DNA from: Vicugna vicugna
Taxonomy: Eukaryota
Length of the DNA stretch: 64,000 nt
NCBI GenBank assembly: GCA_013265495.1
Contig: MU058287.1
Coordinates: forward strand, 62,001-126,000
Direction of reading: 5' to 3'
The position numbers were made by a program, and so were the translations under genes. Positions 12,330 to 22,700 of this stretch are shown here, one piece after another (position 1 is the stretch's first letter; every line of letters starts with the position of its first letter). The notes beneath the pieces are model-generated. The model did no database searches and was not told the DNA's origin. It worked only from the letters and a program-made list of their open reading frames with translations.

Positions 12330-13140
12330 TCGGGGGTTACCCGTGCGCGGGTTTACACCCAGCATGCACACCTCCACCAGTGTCACTCGGCCAACGGGAC
12401 CCACCCCAGGGACCTCGGCCGCAAGTCCCGGGCCTGGAAGGTTCGTAGACACTGGGGTTCCCGGCCCTCCGCGCCCGCTCAGCCCCGGGCCGCACTCCCT
12501 CTCCGCCCGGCACATGCCACGGGCGGCGGCCCCCGGAGCTCGGCGCGCGCTCCCCGAGCCGGGGTCGCCCTCGGAGGCCGCCCGCCCACTCCCAGGACGC
12601 TGAGGGGGGCGCCCTCAGCCGGGTCTCCCGGGGCCCCGCGAACGCAGCAGCAGAATGACGGAGATGACGAAAGAGCTGACGCCACGCCGCCCACCCGGCC
12701 GCCGCCGGTGTCCGCACACGCCGCCCCGCCCGCCCGCGAGGTCGCCCGGGCGCTCGCGGTCGCGCCACCAGGCCTTTGGCGAACATGGCGCTTGTCCCCT
12801 GCCAGGTGCTGCGGGTGGCCATCCTGCTGTCCTACTGCTCTATCCTGTGCAACTACAAAGCTATCGAAATGCCCTCGCATCAGACCTACGGAGGGAGCTG
12901 GAAATTCCTGACGTTCATTGATCTGGTAAGACCATCCTCCCCACCCCCGTCCCCCACCCCGCACCCCGACCCTGTGTGTGTTTGTGGGTGCGCGAACACC
13001 TGCGCGCGCGCGCCCCTTCAGCATCTTCCCCAGTGACTGCGTCTCAAGGCCTGGCTGCCCCCGCAGCGGCACCTTCGGAAGCACCCAGTGTTACCTAGCA
13101 GCCAGGGCACGAGCGGAGGTGGGGCGCAGCCAGGTGGTGG
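12330..13140. promoter_or_regulatory. AIG1: CpG-island promoter of AIG1 with multiple GC boxes and no obvious TATA box
   Basis: Abrupt GC/CpG-rich block in an AT-rich, CpG-depleted background, spanning exon 1. Repeated CCGCCC motifs (~12503, ~12578, 12721-12736). Confidence 0.92.
12785..12925 (+). CDS. AIG1: AIG1 first coding exon (47 codons, phase-0 intron follows); androgen-induced gene 1 protein, threonine hydrolase of the AIG1/ADTRP family
   Basis: Translates to [47 protein letters not shown], which I recognise as the AIG1 N-terminus. Strong Kozak context (AACATGG) and canonical donor CTG|GTAAGA at 12925/12926. Catalytic Thr43 is the ACG at 12911-12913. Confidence 0.97.
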
Positions 13141-13362
13141 GCTGTTTGGAGGGCAACACACACCTGCTTGTAAGAGGTGACTCGGGAAAATTCTCAACTT
13201 AGCAAATGGATCACACGACCTTGATCAAGAGTGGCTTCAAACCCATTCGCCCACAAGGTGCTTTCCAGAGCACTCGTCGTGGGATCGAGTTGCAGCAACT
13301 GAAGGAAACTGGGTATTGTCGAATTACTTGGAGCTTCCTCTGTAAGGACCAAAGTCCTCCTG

Positions 13363-13447
13363 ATAAAGAAGAGAAAGCGCCTAATAAAGTTTTCTTTGCA
13401 CCTTTTTTTGCCCATTGTCAATAATTTACTTCCAGCCTTCTCCCCCA
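13363..13447 (+). repeat. 85-bp direct repeat, intron-1 copy
   Basis: Matches 11098-11182 at 82/85 positions with no gaps. Confidence 0.95.
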
Positions 13448-15845
13448 GAAACATTAGAAGAGAGCAATTTTCAAAATGCCTTTGCAGAGTGGCTTTACAA
13501 TTTCCATATCTTCCCATGGAGACATTTCACAATAGTTTGCAGAAGCAGCTCCTCTGTTGGCCCAACACGATGGCCTTGGCAGTTGCAGATGTTTTTCTGT
13601 TTTTTTTGTTTTTTTTTTTAAAGTTTATCAACTTCTGGCACTAAAAGGGCCAGAGAATCAGAACATGAGCATAAGACCAAATAAGGACATAGGGTGGAGA
13701 CTAGGAACTTCAGGGTGAAAGTTAACCAAGACTGGCTCAAACACACACTAAAAGATGATCAAATATGGTCAGAGAATTAAGACACAAGCGAGGAGTTCCA
13801 AGGACTAAAGAAAATGTAGAATCAACTCCTGGATCGCCAGAACTGTCCGTCCAAGATCATAACATGAGGTTGGCTAAATGAAACAAGATTATAATCCCTA
13901 AATGTTGACCCTCCATGTTGATGAAGAGAACTTGATACCCATTTTAAGATATTTCCAGTCTTAGGATCCCTCAAGGAAATGCAGTCATAAGGTTTTTGCA
14001 TAGAAATGCCATTTTAAATTTGTATCATGTTAGATACTTTCAGAGAGGAATTTACAGGTTTTCCTGAGCACTCTCCAAACTGGGCACCAAGACTGCCCAG
14101 AGCATAGAGTGTTTCAGGGGTTTCAGTTTTCGGTTCCTCAACTTCCAGCTCTTTCTTGAAACTGATCTGCCTCTGAACATGGGTGATGCTGTCAGTTCTC
14201 CTTTTTTCTGCCCTATTCATCCAAGGGACAAGCATGTGACAAGGCTCTTTGCTATATTTATCTGTTCCTTTTAGCATTCAGCAGATCAACGGTTGTCACT
14301 AGAACTATCTTCATCTTTGATTGAAAAAGGAAATCAGATTTGTCTTGACAGAAAGTCTTATTGTGTTGATTGGCTTGTCACTAAAGATTGGCTCTACCAG
14401 TTATGTCAGGTAGCAGGCCTTTTCCATAGACTAAGTGAAACCTACAGCTGAGTTTCTGATAAATATGTATCAGAGCGTTAGAAATCATGTCCTCTTCTCA
14501 ACTGTTCAAACTTATATTAAAGATATTTAGATGTTATTTAAAAATATGTGCCTAGATTTTCAGAATTCTTTTACTGGGTATGTGAACAAAATTCCTTTTG
14601 TATGACTACCTTATCCCGTTCCTTCAGCTCTCACTTAGAGACGGCCCATTTGAGTGTTTCCAGGGACCGGTGTGGAACTGAAATACTGATGGAGACCCCA
14701 CTGGAGCCATAGGGACTACGAACAGTTCTCAGAAGCACCTTTACTTTAGATATTGTTTTGGGGAAGCAGGGGAGGGAATCAGCAGGTGAGAATAGTGGAC
14801 ATGGAGGGTACATGAGAGAGATGATGACTTCTCACATTGGCCTTGCTTCCTGTGTGTTACAAAAAACAAGGCTCAAAAGAAACAATAGACCTCTCGTAAC
14901 CTTTGTGTGACATGAAACTGTAGGAGAGCCAACCTAACTCTGCTTAAACTGCCATACAGTTTATATTTTAGCATCTGATGGTCAGACTTGTCTATTGTAA
15001 GTAATAATCACTACAAATATACTTTTGTGTATTAGAATCCAGCCCATAAATTCGAATTTGAAACTTCTACTCTATTTCATATTTAGGTTCAATTTGCATA
15101 GGGCCTTCAGCTCATCATTCAAACTTTTTTCTCCCCGTGGCTTCTGATTGAAATATAATAAATCTTTAGTTGAGGGTCCCTGTGAGAAAGTAGGTCTAGA
15201 ATATATTTTAAAAAACAATCATGCAAAGTGTTACTCTTTTTATTAGAGATTTAGAGCTTAAGCATTGTACAGCTGTTAAAACAACCAGCATGTCAATCTT
15301 TAGTAATGGCATGAAAAGATTATGCTACTATAATACACCCATTTAATTTTTCATTTTTTTGTGTTTTAAAAAAACTGAATACACTTTGTTATGTAGTGCC
15401 TTGGACAATTTTAATGATTCTAAGCTCATCAGAGCAATTTTGGAAGAGGGTTTAGCTTCTCAAAACGTCAGTGAGAAGGCCCCTTTTCTAGCCAACTTGG
15501 GGTACAGAGAGTCAGGGCATTTATCCTGGCAGCCACAGTCCGATTCCATGATACATTAGTGTACCAGAATGTAAGTGGAGAATCTCAGGCTACATGTATC
15601 CAGGAGCAGATGGCTATGTGGCAATGACCATTCCAGCTATATCCGTATCTTTCTTTGAGTCTGAGAGCTATCCCACTATGACCAGAGCTCATGGTTAAAA
15701 ACTGAAATGCAAGTGCTTGCTGTCAGTAATCTCATCCTGTTACAGTTATTTCCCGAAGAGCTCCTTTTCCTAGAATTGAAGGACTATAGGACTAAACGTG
15801 CTTTGGGAAAATTCAAGGTAGTAAGCAGAAATGGAACATTGTCTT

Positions 15846-16333
15846 TGTAGGGTGGGCAAATAGATCCCCCCAAAATGTCTTCATCTTAATCCCTGGAACT
15901 TGTGAATATGTTAGATTACATGGCAAAGGGGAATTAAAGTTGCTAATCAGCTGACCTTCAAATAGGGAGATTTGCCCCAATTATCTATGTGGGTCCAGTG
16001 TTACCACAAAGTTTCTTAAAAGTGGAGGGAGGCAGAAGAGAAGAGTCAGTTGGAGGAAGATGTGACTGTGGAAGAAAGTCAGAGACATGCAACATTGTTG
16101 GCTTTGAAGATGAAGGAATGGGCCAAGAGCCAAGGCATGTGGGAGGCGCCTACAGGCTGGAAAGGGCAAGGAAATAAATTCTCACCTAGAGCCTCCAGAA
16201 GGAACACAGCTCTGCTGATACCTTGATTTTCGCCTAGTGAGACCCACTTTGGACTTCTGACCTCCAGGACCATAAAATAATAAACCACTGAATTTATGGT
16301 TATTTGTTACAGCAGCAATAGAAAACTAGTACA
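15846..16333 (+). mobile_element. MaLR solo LTR (MLT1D-like)
   Basis: TG...CA termini; 'atccctggaacttgtgaatatgttagattacatggcaaagggg'; 3' end 'gttacagcagcaatagaaaactagtaca'. Confidence 0.9.
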
Positions 16334-17276
16334 CTTGGCTTTAAATCCTCTGACCTAGAAAAAAATCTTGAATGTTGTTGTATTTATGTGGTGACTCAGC
16401 TAGTTCTTTATGTATATTAGATAACTGGTTAATTTTAACTTTAACCAAAATACAGGTTTTTTGCCTACTGTATCTACGAAACGTTGCTGTGCATTTGACA
16501 ATGGGCGATAAGAGAATCAGTAAAAACTGAGTAACACTGGAAAAATGAGGCCTTTTCTTCACCATGAAGTATTCTAGAAACTCTTGTTATGCAACATACC
16601 ATGGCCGGAGGGGTGCTCTCACTTGGAAATAAGCTGGAAAGAAAGAAAATTTAAACTAACTGATGTCCACATATTTCCTTAACCGGTATCACAGCGATGA
16701 GTTTTCTTCAAACGATGCAGATTCTTTCCCTTATTCACTAATTAAATATTCCTCCAAGTTACATAATAATTACCCCCCAAAAGAATAAAAATGAAAAATC
16801 AGAATTAAAGCAGCATAAATAAATTAAAAGGAAAAGGGAACTGGATGTTGAGGGGTCAAAATAGTGCTGGAGTACAGGTTTAGTAAACATTTGAAAAACA
16901 TGAAAACTTTTCAAGTTTTTAATGAGTATTCTTTTCTTGTCCCATTTCCTCATAAAACATTCAAAATAATAGGGGTTTCTGAAACCTATCAACCAGAATT
17001 GCATTTAGATGTGTATAGTAGGATGTCTCACACATGAATCAGATTCAACCACTTTGAAAAACATGAATGGGACGGTGGTTATAAAAAGTTAAATTAATAT
17101 TGCTACTGGATTTAAGATATTTCGACTTTTCAAGGTTGAAACAAGTGTGATGATCCTATTTGCTCTAGTTTGTGGTCCTCACCATTTTGAAGGTTTTCAT
17201 GCCTTCGGGTTCCATTATAGTTACTGCTTCCCCTGTACTGACTTCTCATTCATGCGTGGGCAGAACATTTGTTAGA

Positions 17277-17460
17277 CCCTGTCTCAAAGTGTGGTCTGAG
17301 GACTAGCAAGGACTAGCAAAGACTAGCAGTGACCTTGTCTGGGAGCCTGGTAGAAATAGGGAACCTCCAGCTCCATTCCAGACCCTCTGAATCAGAATCT
17401 GCATGTTAATAAAATCATTAGGTGATTCTTCTGCACATTCTACTTCGATCAGTGCTGCTC
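17277..17460. mobile_element. MER5-type hAT-Charlie MITE
   Basis: 'ctcaaagtgtggtc...ctgaatcagaatctgcatgttaataaaatc...ggtgattc...tgcacatt'. Confidence 0.8.
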
Positions 17461-19719
17461 TAGGCCAGGCTGTTTTTGTTTTGAAATCTAGCATGGAATG
17501 GCTTGTAAGACACAGCCTTAATATATTAACCCTGCCTCCTGTATTTAAAATATATTTAAACATATTTCAAAATAAATTGTAAAATAACATGTTGTAAAAA
17601 AAATTGTAAGTTTAAAATAAAAGAAAGGAAAAATATGAATTTGGCACCAAGGATAGGTTATTTATTGCAATTGAGAAACAAGTTTAGCTCATCTTCAGGG
17701 AAACTAGGTGAAGTATACACATTGATTGCATTATTCCTACCGCTGGGCTAAAGGAAGCATAACAATTTATCAGGAAAAATACAATTTTTTCCAGGGACTG
17801 ACTTTTCAGGGTTATTTATCACTCAGCCAGTCATATAAAGGACATCCGGGAGCACAGCAGATAATGCCTTTGATTGTTTTCTAGCAGAATATCTATTGAA
17901 ATATTCCTATAGTGGTTTCTTATATTACGATTTTATGAAAACCAAAGGCATGGTCTTCTACTTGGGGTGAAGGCATTTTTGCAGAGGTTTAAGGTAATAT
18001 AATCTAGGTACTTATTTTTGTTATCTAAATCCGTTTTGCAAAAGAATTTAAGAAAATCACAGAGGGAGCAGGATAAATAAGGGCTCAGATGTTGAAAAGC
18101 TTGGGGTGTTCAAAGCGCAGGAAATGGTCAAGTATACCTGGAGGATACTTTTTTGGTTTTAGACATACTAAGAATTTTTGACCTTTAAAAAAATGTTAGA
18201 AAGGGAGAATATACTGCATAATTACGCTAAAAAGATGCATTTGAGTTTCTTATATTTACTTATGTACTTATAATAAAATATTCTTGACTCCAGTTCATGG
18301 CTTAATTTTAAACAGGACATAAAATATCTTGAGAAGAGATTCCATATACATTATGTAACTGTGATACTTAGCTTTGCCAGTCAAAACCACAGAGTACCAT
18401 GTGAAGGCCAGTAGTTCAATGAGTACTCCGAACAAAATTGGGTGGGTTTTTTGGGGTTTTTTTTTGGCTATTATACAAAGAGGGTGAAACTACAACTTTT
18501 TTTTTTTCTCCAGTACAATCAGACTTGACCATAAAATGCAGATAAACTTTAAGGATTAAATAATGCTTTTTCCTAACCTAGGAGAAGAACAATGAGTATA
18601 ATACTTCATTTAGAGTCCTCTTGCCTCTCTTTGAAAGTGTTTCTTTTGGATCAAACATAGAATAAGGGCCTGGTTTTGTCAGAGTCGGGGAAATAGTTGA
18701 TGAGATAATCACTCATTCCCTTTCTTAGTTGTAAATGTTATTGAAATTACAGAGAGTCATCTGACCACTAGTTGAGGTCACTTCTTTTCCCATCTCTGCC
18801 ATCCCCCATGTCTGGTATAACATTTAGCAAAATTAGTAGCTGCTCTTGAGGGCTCTCATTTGTTTCTGTGTTCCCCTGAAATGTCACATGTTTCTGTGGA
18901 AGTGTGAACAATAGCACAATTTTCCATATTGAATCAGATGTTCCTGTGATCCAAGCATTCTTGGAAAAATCTTACTGTTTAGGATTCCATAACAACTTAG
19001 CTTTCTTTTGTGTCCAGCAGCCTGTGGCTAGACAGTTAAAGGGCCCCTTTCTCACCTGTAGGGTAGTCCTGCCAGAGGACAGTGAGCACAGAGCTCTCCC
19101 TGCACGGGAGAGACCCCTGGATCAGATCCATCGTGGAGTGCAGCAGAGTATGGGGTGTTGATTTGATAGGCTGGATTAAGACAGGCTAATCAAGTATAAC
19201 AAGAGGAATTGCTTGAATTTGCAAAGTGGCAAGAATATGTTCATTTTGAATCTGGAGGAAATGGCATGTGTTTATGACAGTGCTTTAGAAGCATGGAATT
19301 CTAAAACGTCAGACAATGGTCTGGCCCCTTCATATTGACTTATTAGACCTGTCAAGCTGTGTTATAGCTTAGCAATTTAATTTCAAAAGCAATACATAGA
19401 ATTCTAGAAAATTTGTACCATACAGGAAACCACAGGGAAGCAAATATATTCCATCTTAATTATCCCTAATTTCCTGTGCATCTCAGCATTTTAGTGCTTC
19501 AAGATGGTATTTATTTCAGAACTCTATGAACATACAGAGTGTGTTCTGAAATGTGTGTGCACATTTATATATTTCGACTTCAGAAAAATCATATTGATTG
19601 TAAAAATTATTTTAAAATTAGATTTATCACTTGGAGGTACCAATATTAGTATTTTGGCATTTGCCTTTTGAGCAATATATGTTTCTTCTTCAAAACAAAA
19701 GTTAAATATATACATAAGG

Positions 19720-22700
19720 CTTATATGAATTTATTTTTTGCATTAATATACACTAAAAGTCACTCTTTGTTGTACAGTTCTGAGTTTTGGCATATGCATA
19801 GAATTGCATGGCCACCTGCACAATCACCCAAAGATGTTAAACTATTCCTTTGTGCTGTTCCCGTATAGTCAAACCCTCCTCTGAATCTTAACAACTACAG
19901 GGTTGTTTTCTATCCTTATAGTTTTGCCTCTTCTAGAAAAATATACAAAGCATACAGTATATAACCTTGGAGTCTGGCTCTTTTCTGTTAGCATAATGCA
20001 CTTCAGATTGCTCCACGTTGCTGTGTATCCATCGTTTGCTCCATTTTAATGCCGAGTAGTATTTCATGGTACTGATGTACTGCTTTGTTGATTAACTCAT
20101 AAACTGAAGCGCATGTAAGTCTTTTCTAGTTTGGGATGATTATGAAAAAAGCTGCCATAAACTTTTGTGTAAAAGTTTTTGTATAAACATGAGTTTTCAT
20201 TTTTACTGGGAGTGGGATTGTTTGGTTATACAGCAAGTATACGTTTACCTTGTTAAGAAACTGCCCACCTGTCTTCCAAAGTGGTCATGCCATGTTGCCC
20301 CGCCGTCAGCAGTGTTTGAGGGTTCCAGTTGCTCTGCGTCCTTGTCAACGTGTGGCATTGTCAATTTTTCTTCTATTGTAGCTTTTCTAATAGGTGTGTG
20401 GTGGCATCTAATCGTGGTTTTAAGCTCCATGTCCCTCATGACTAATGATGTTAAGCATTTCTTCCTGTGTATTTTTATCATACATGTATTTTTCCAAAGT
20501 GTCTGTTCAGATCCTTTGCCTGTTTAAAAAAAGAAAAGGTTGTTTTTTGATTGTTAAGCTTTGAAAGTTTTTGTGTATGCTGAATTAAAAAAATTAAATA
20601 TTTATTTATTTTAGCCATTTTGATTAGTGTGTAGTGCTATCTCCTTGGGGTTATAATTTGCATTTCTCAAATGGCTAATAATCATGAACATCTTTTCATG
20701 TGCTTACTTGCCATGTATACATCCTCTTCAGTGAAATAAATAGTATTATTTTGTTATATTTTACCTTCTGGCTGTTTATTGTTAGTATATAGAGATGCAT
20801 TTGATTATTGCCTATTGACCTTATGTTTGGTGATTTTGCTAAACTTGTTTATTCATTCTGGGAGCTTTGTTATAGATTTCATGGAGTTTTCTTTTTTATT
20901 AGACAATTATATCAACTGCTAATAGAGACAGTTTTATTCCTTTCTAAGCTTCAGGCCTTTTATTTCTTTTTCTTGTTTTATTGCATTGTTAAGACTTCTA
21001 ATATGATATTGACTGTGGTAAGAGTGGGTCTTATTTCTTTCTTAGGAAGAAACAGTCTTTGGCAATTAAGTATAACGTTAGCTATTATTTTTGCATATAT
21101 CCTTTACCAGTTTGAGTACATTTCCTTCTATTTCTTGTTTACTGAGAAACTGTTAAAAGAAGCATCATAAATGGGTGTTGAATTTTGTCACATGATTTAA
21201 CTTCATCTGTTGATGTGTTCACATGACTTTTTTTCTTCTTAATATGGTATATTATGTTGACTGATTTTTGAATATTGAGTCAGTCTTACTTTCCTGAGGT
21301 GAATGCACTTGATTGTGGTATATTGTCCTTTTTATATGTTACTGGTTTTGTTTTGCTAATATTTTGTTGATTTCACTTTCTGTTAATGAAGAATATTTGT
21401 CTGTAGTTATTTTTTTTTCTTCTTTGTCTGACTTTGATATTAATGTAATGCTAGCCTTATTCCTCCCTAGTGCTCTGGAAGAGATTGAGTAGAATTGGTA
21501 TTACTTCTTCCTGAAATTTGTGATAGAATCCAAGTGAAAACCACTGGGCCTGGAGTTTCATTTGTTGAAAATTCTTTTTTTTTTTCACGATATAGGACTA
21601 TTCAGGTTATTTCTTTCTTTTTCATTGAGATTTGGCAGTTTATGCCTTTCATGGAATTAATCCATTTCATCTAAGTTCAGGAGCCTCTTCTTAGCTGTCT
21701 TTAAGTGCCATTAGGGTCTGTAGTGATAACCACATTTCATTCCTGATATTGGGAATTTGTATCTTACCTCTTTTTTCTTCATCAGTCAGATTTCTCAATT
21801 TTATTTTTTTCAAAGATTAGCCTTTAGTTTCATTGTCTTCTTTCTATTGTTTTTCTGTTTTCAATTTTGTTGGGTTCTGCTTTTAACCTTTATTACTTTC
21901 TCCCTTCTATTTGTTTTGGGTTTAACTGGCTCTTCTTTTATTAGTTTCTTCATGTGGAGACAGATTATTCTTTTATTAAATTAAGCCCTTCTTCTCTTTT
22001 AAAGCATTTAATACTAAGTACTGCTTTAGTTGCATCTCACAAGTTTTAATACATTTTATTTTCATTGCCATTCACGTCAAAGTATTTTTTAATTTCTTTT
22101 AAGTCTTTCTATTTAAAAAATTATTAAGACTTTATTTTTTAGAGCAGACTTAGGTTCATAGCAAAACTGAGGGAACTGTAGAGAGATTTCCTCTGTATCC
22201 CTTACCCCTACAAGAGTATTTCTGTTTTACAATGGATTACTTAAGCATGTGGTGTTTAATTAACACATTTTTGGCTATATCTCAGATATCTTTCTGTCAT
22301 TTATTTCTGGTTTAATTCCATTATGATCAGCTATCATTTTTTGCATAATTCAGTTCTTTTAAATTTGTTAAGTTTATTTTTGTGGCCTAGAATTGGACTA
22401 TCATGTTCAGTGTTTCATGTACGGTTGAAAAAAACATATTTTTCTTTTGTTGGGTGGAGCATCCCTTAAATGTCAGTACCATTAAGTTAGTTGGTCAGGT
22501 CTTACATATCTTACTGAATTTCTGTCTGCTTGCTCTCTCACTAACTAAGAGAGGATCACTGAAGTCTCTAAGTATAGGTGTACATTGGTCTATTTCTCAT
22601 TTTAGTTTTATTATTTTTACTTCACATATTTTGAGACATATACTTTGTTAATAAGTACATACACTGCTGTTAATAAGTACATATACATTGCTGTATATTT

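Noticed and set aside
12776..13036. 86-aa ORF as a complete single-exon gene
   Set aside because: It starts at a near-cognate TTG. The real start is ATG 12785, and AIG1 similarity ends at the GTAAGA donor.
12276..13202. Long ORFs on both strands over the CpG island (e.g. 201 aa and 161 aa on the minus strand)
   Set aside because: Low-complexity Arg/Gly/Pro/Ala translations are expected from stop-poor GC-rich DNA, and none resembles a protein I recognise.
17464..17485. 'ccaggctgtttttg' resembling the start of AIG1 exon 2 (QAVF)
   Set aside because: The match is only a few codons and the translation does not continue as AIG1.
22646..22694. Short tandem duplication tgttaataagtacat(at)acactgc
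   Set aside because: Ordinary slippage duplication inside a dead L1.
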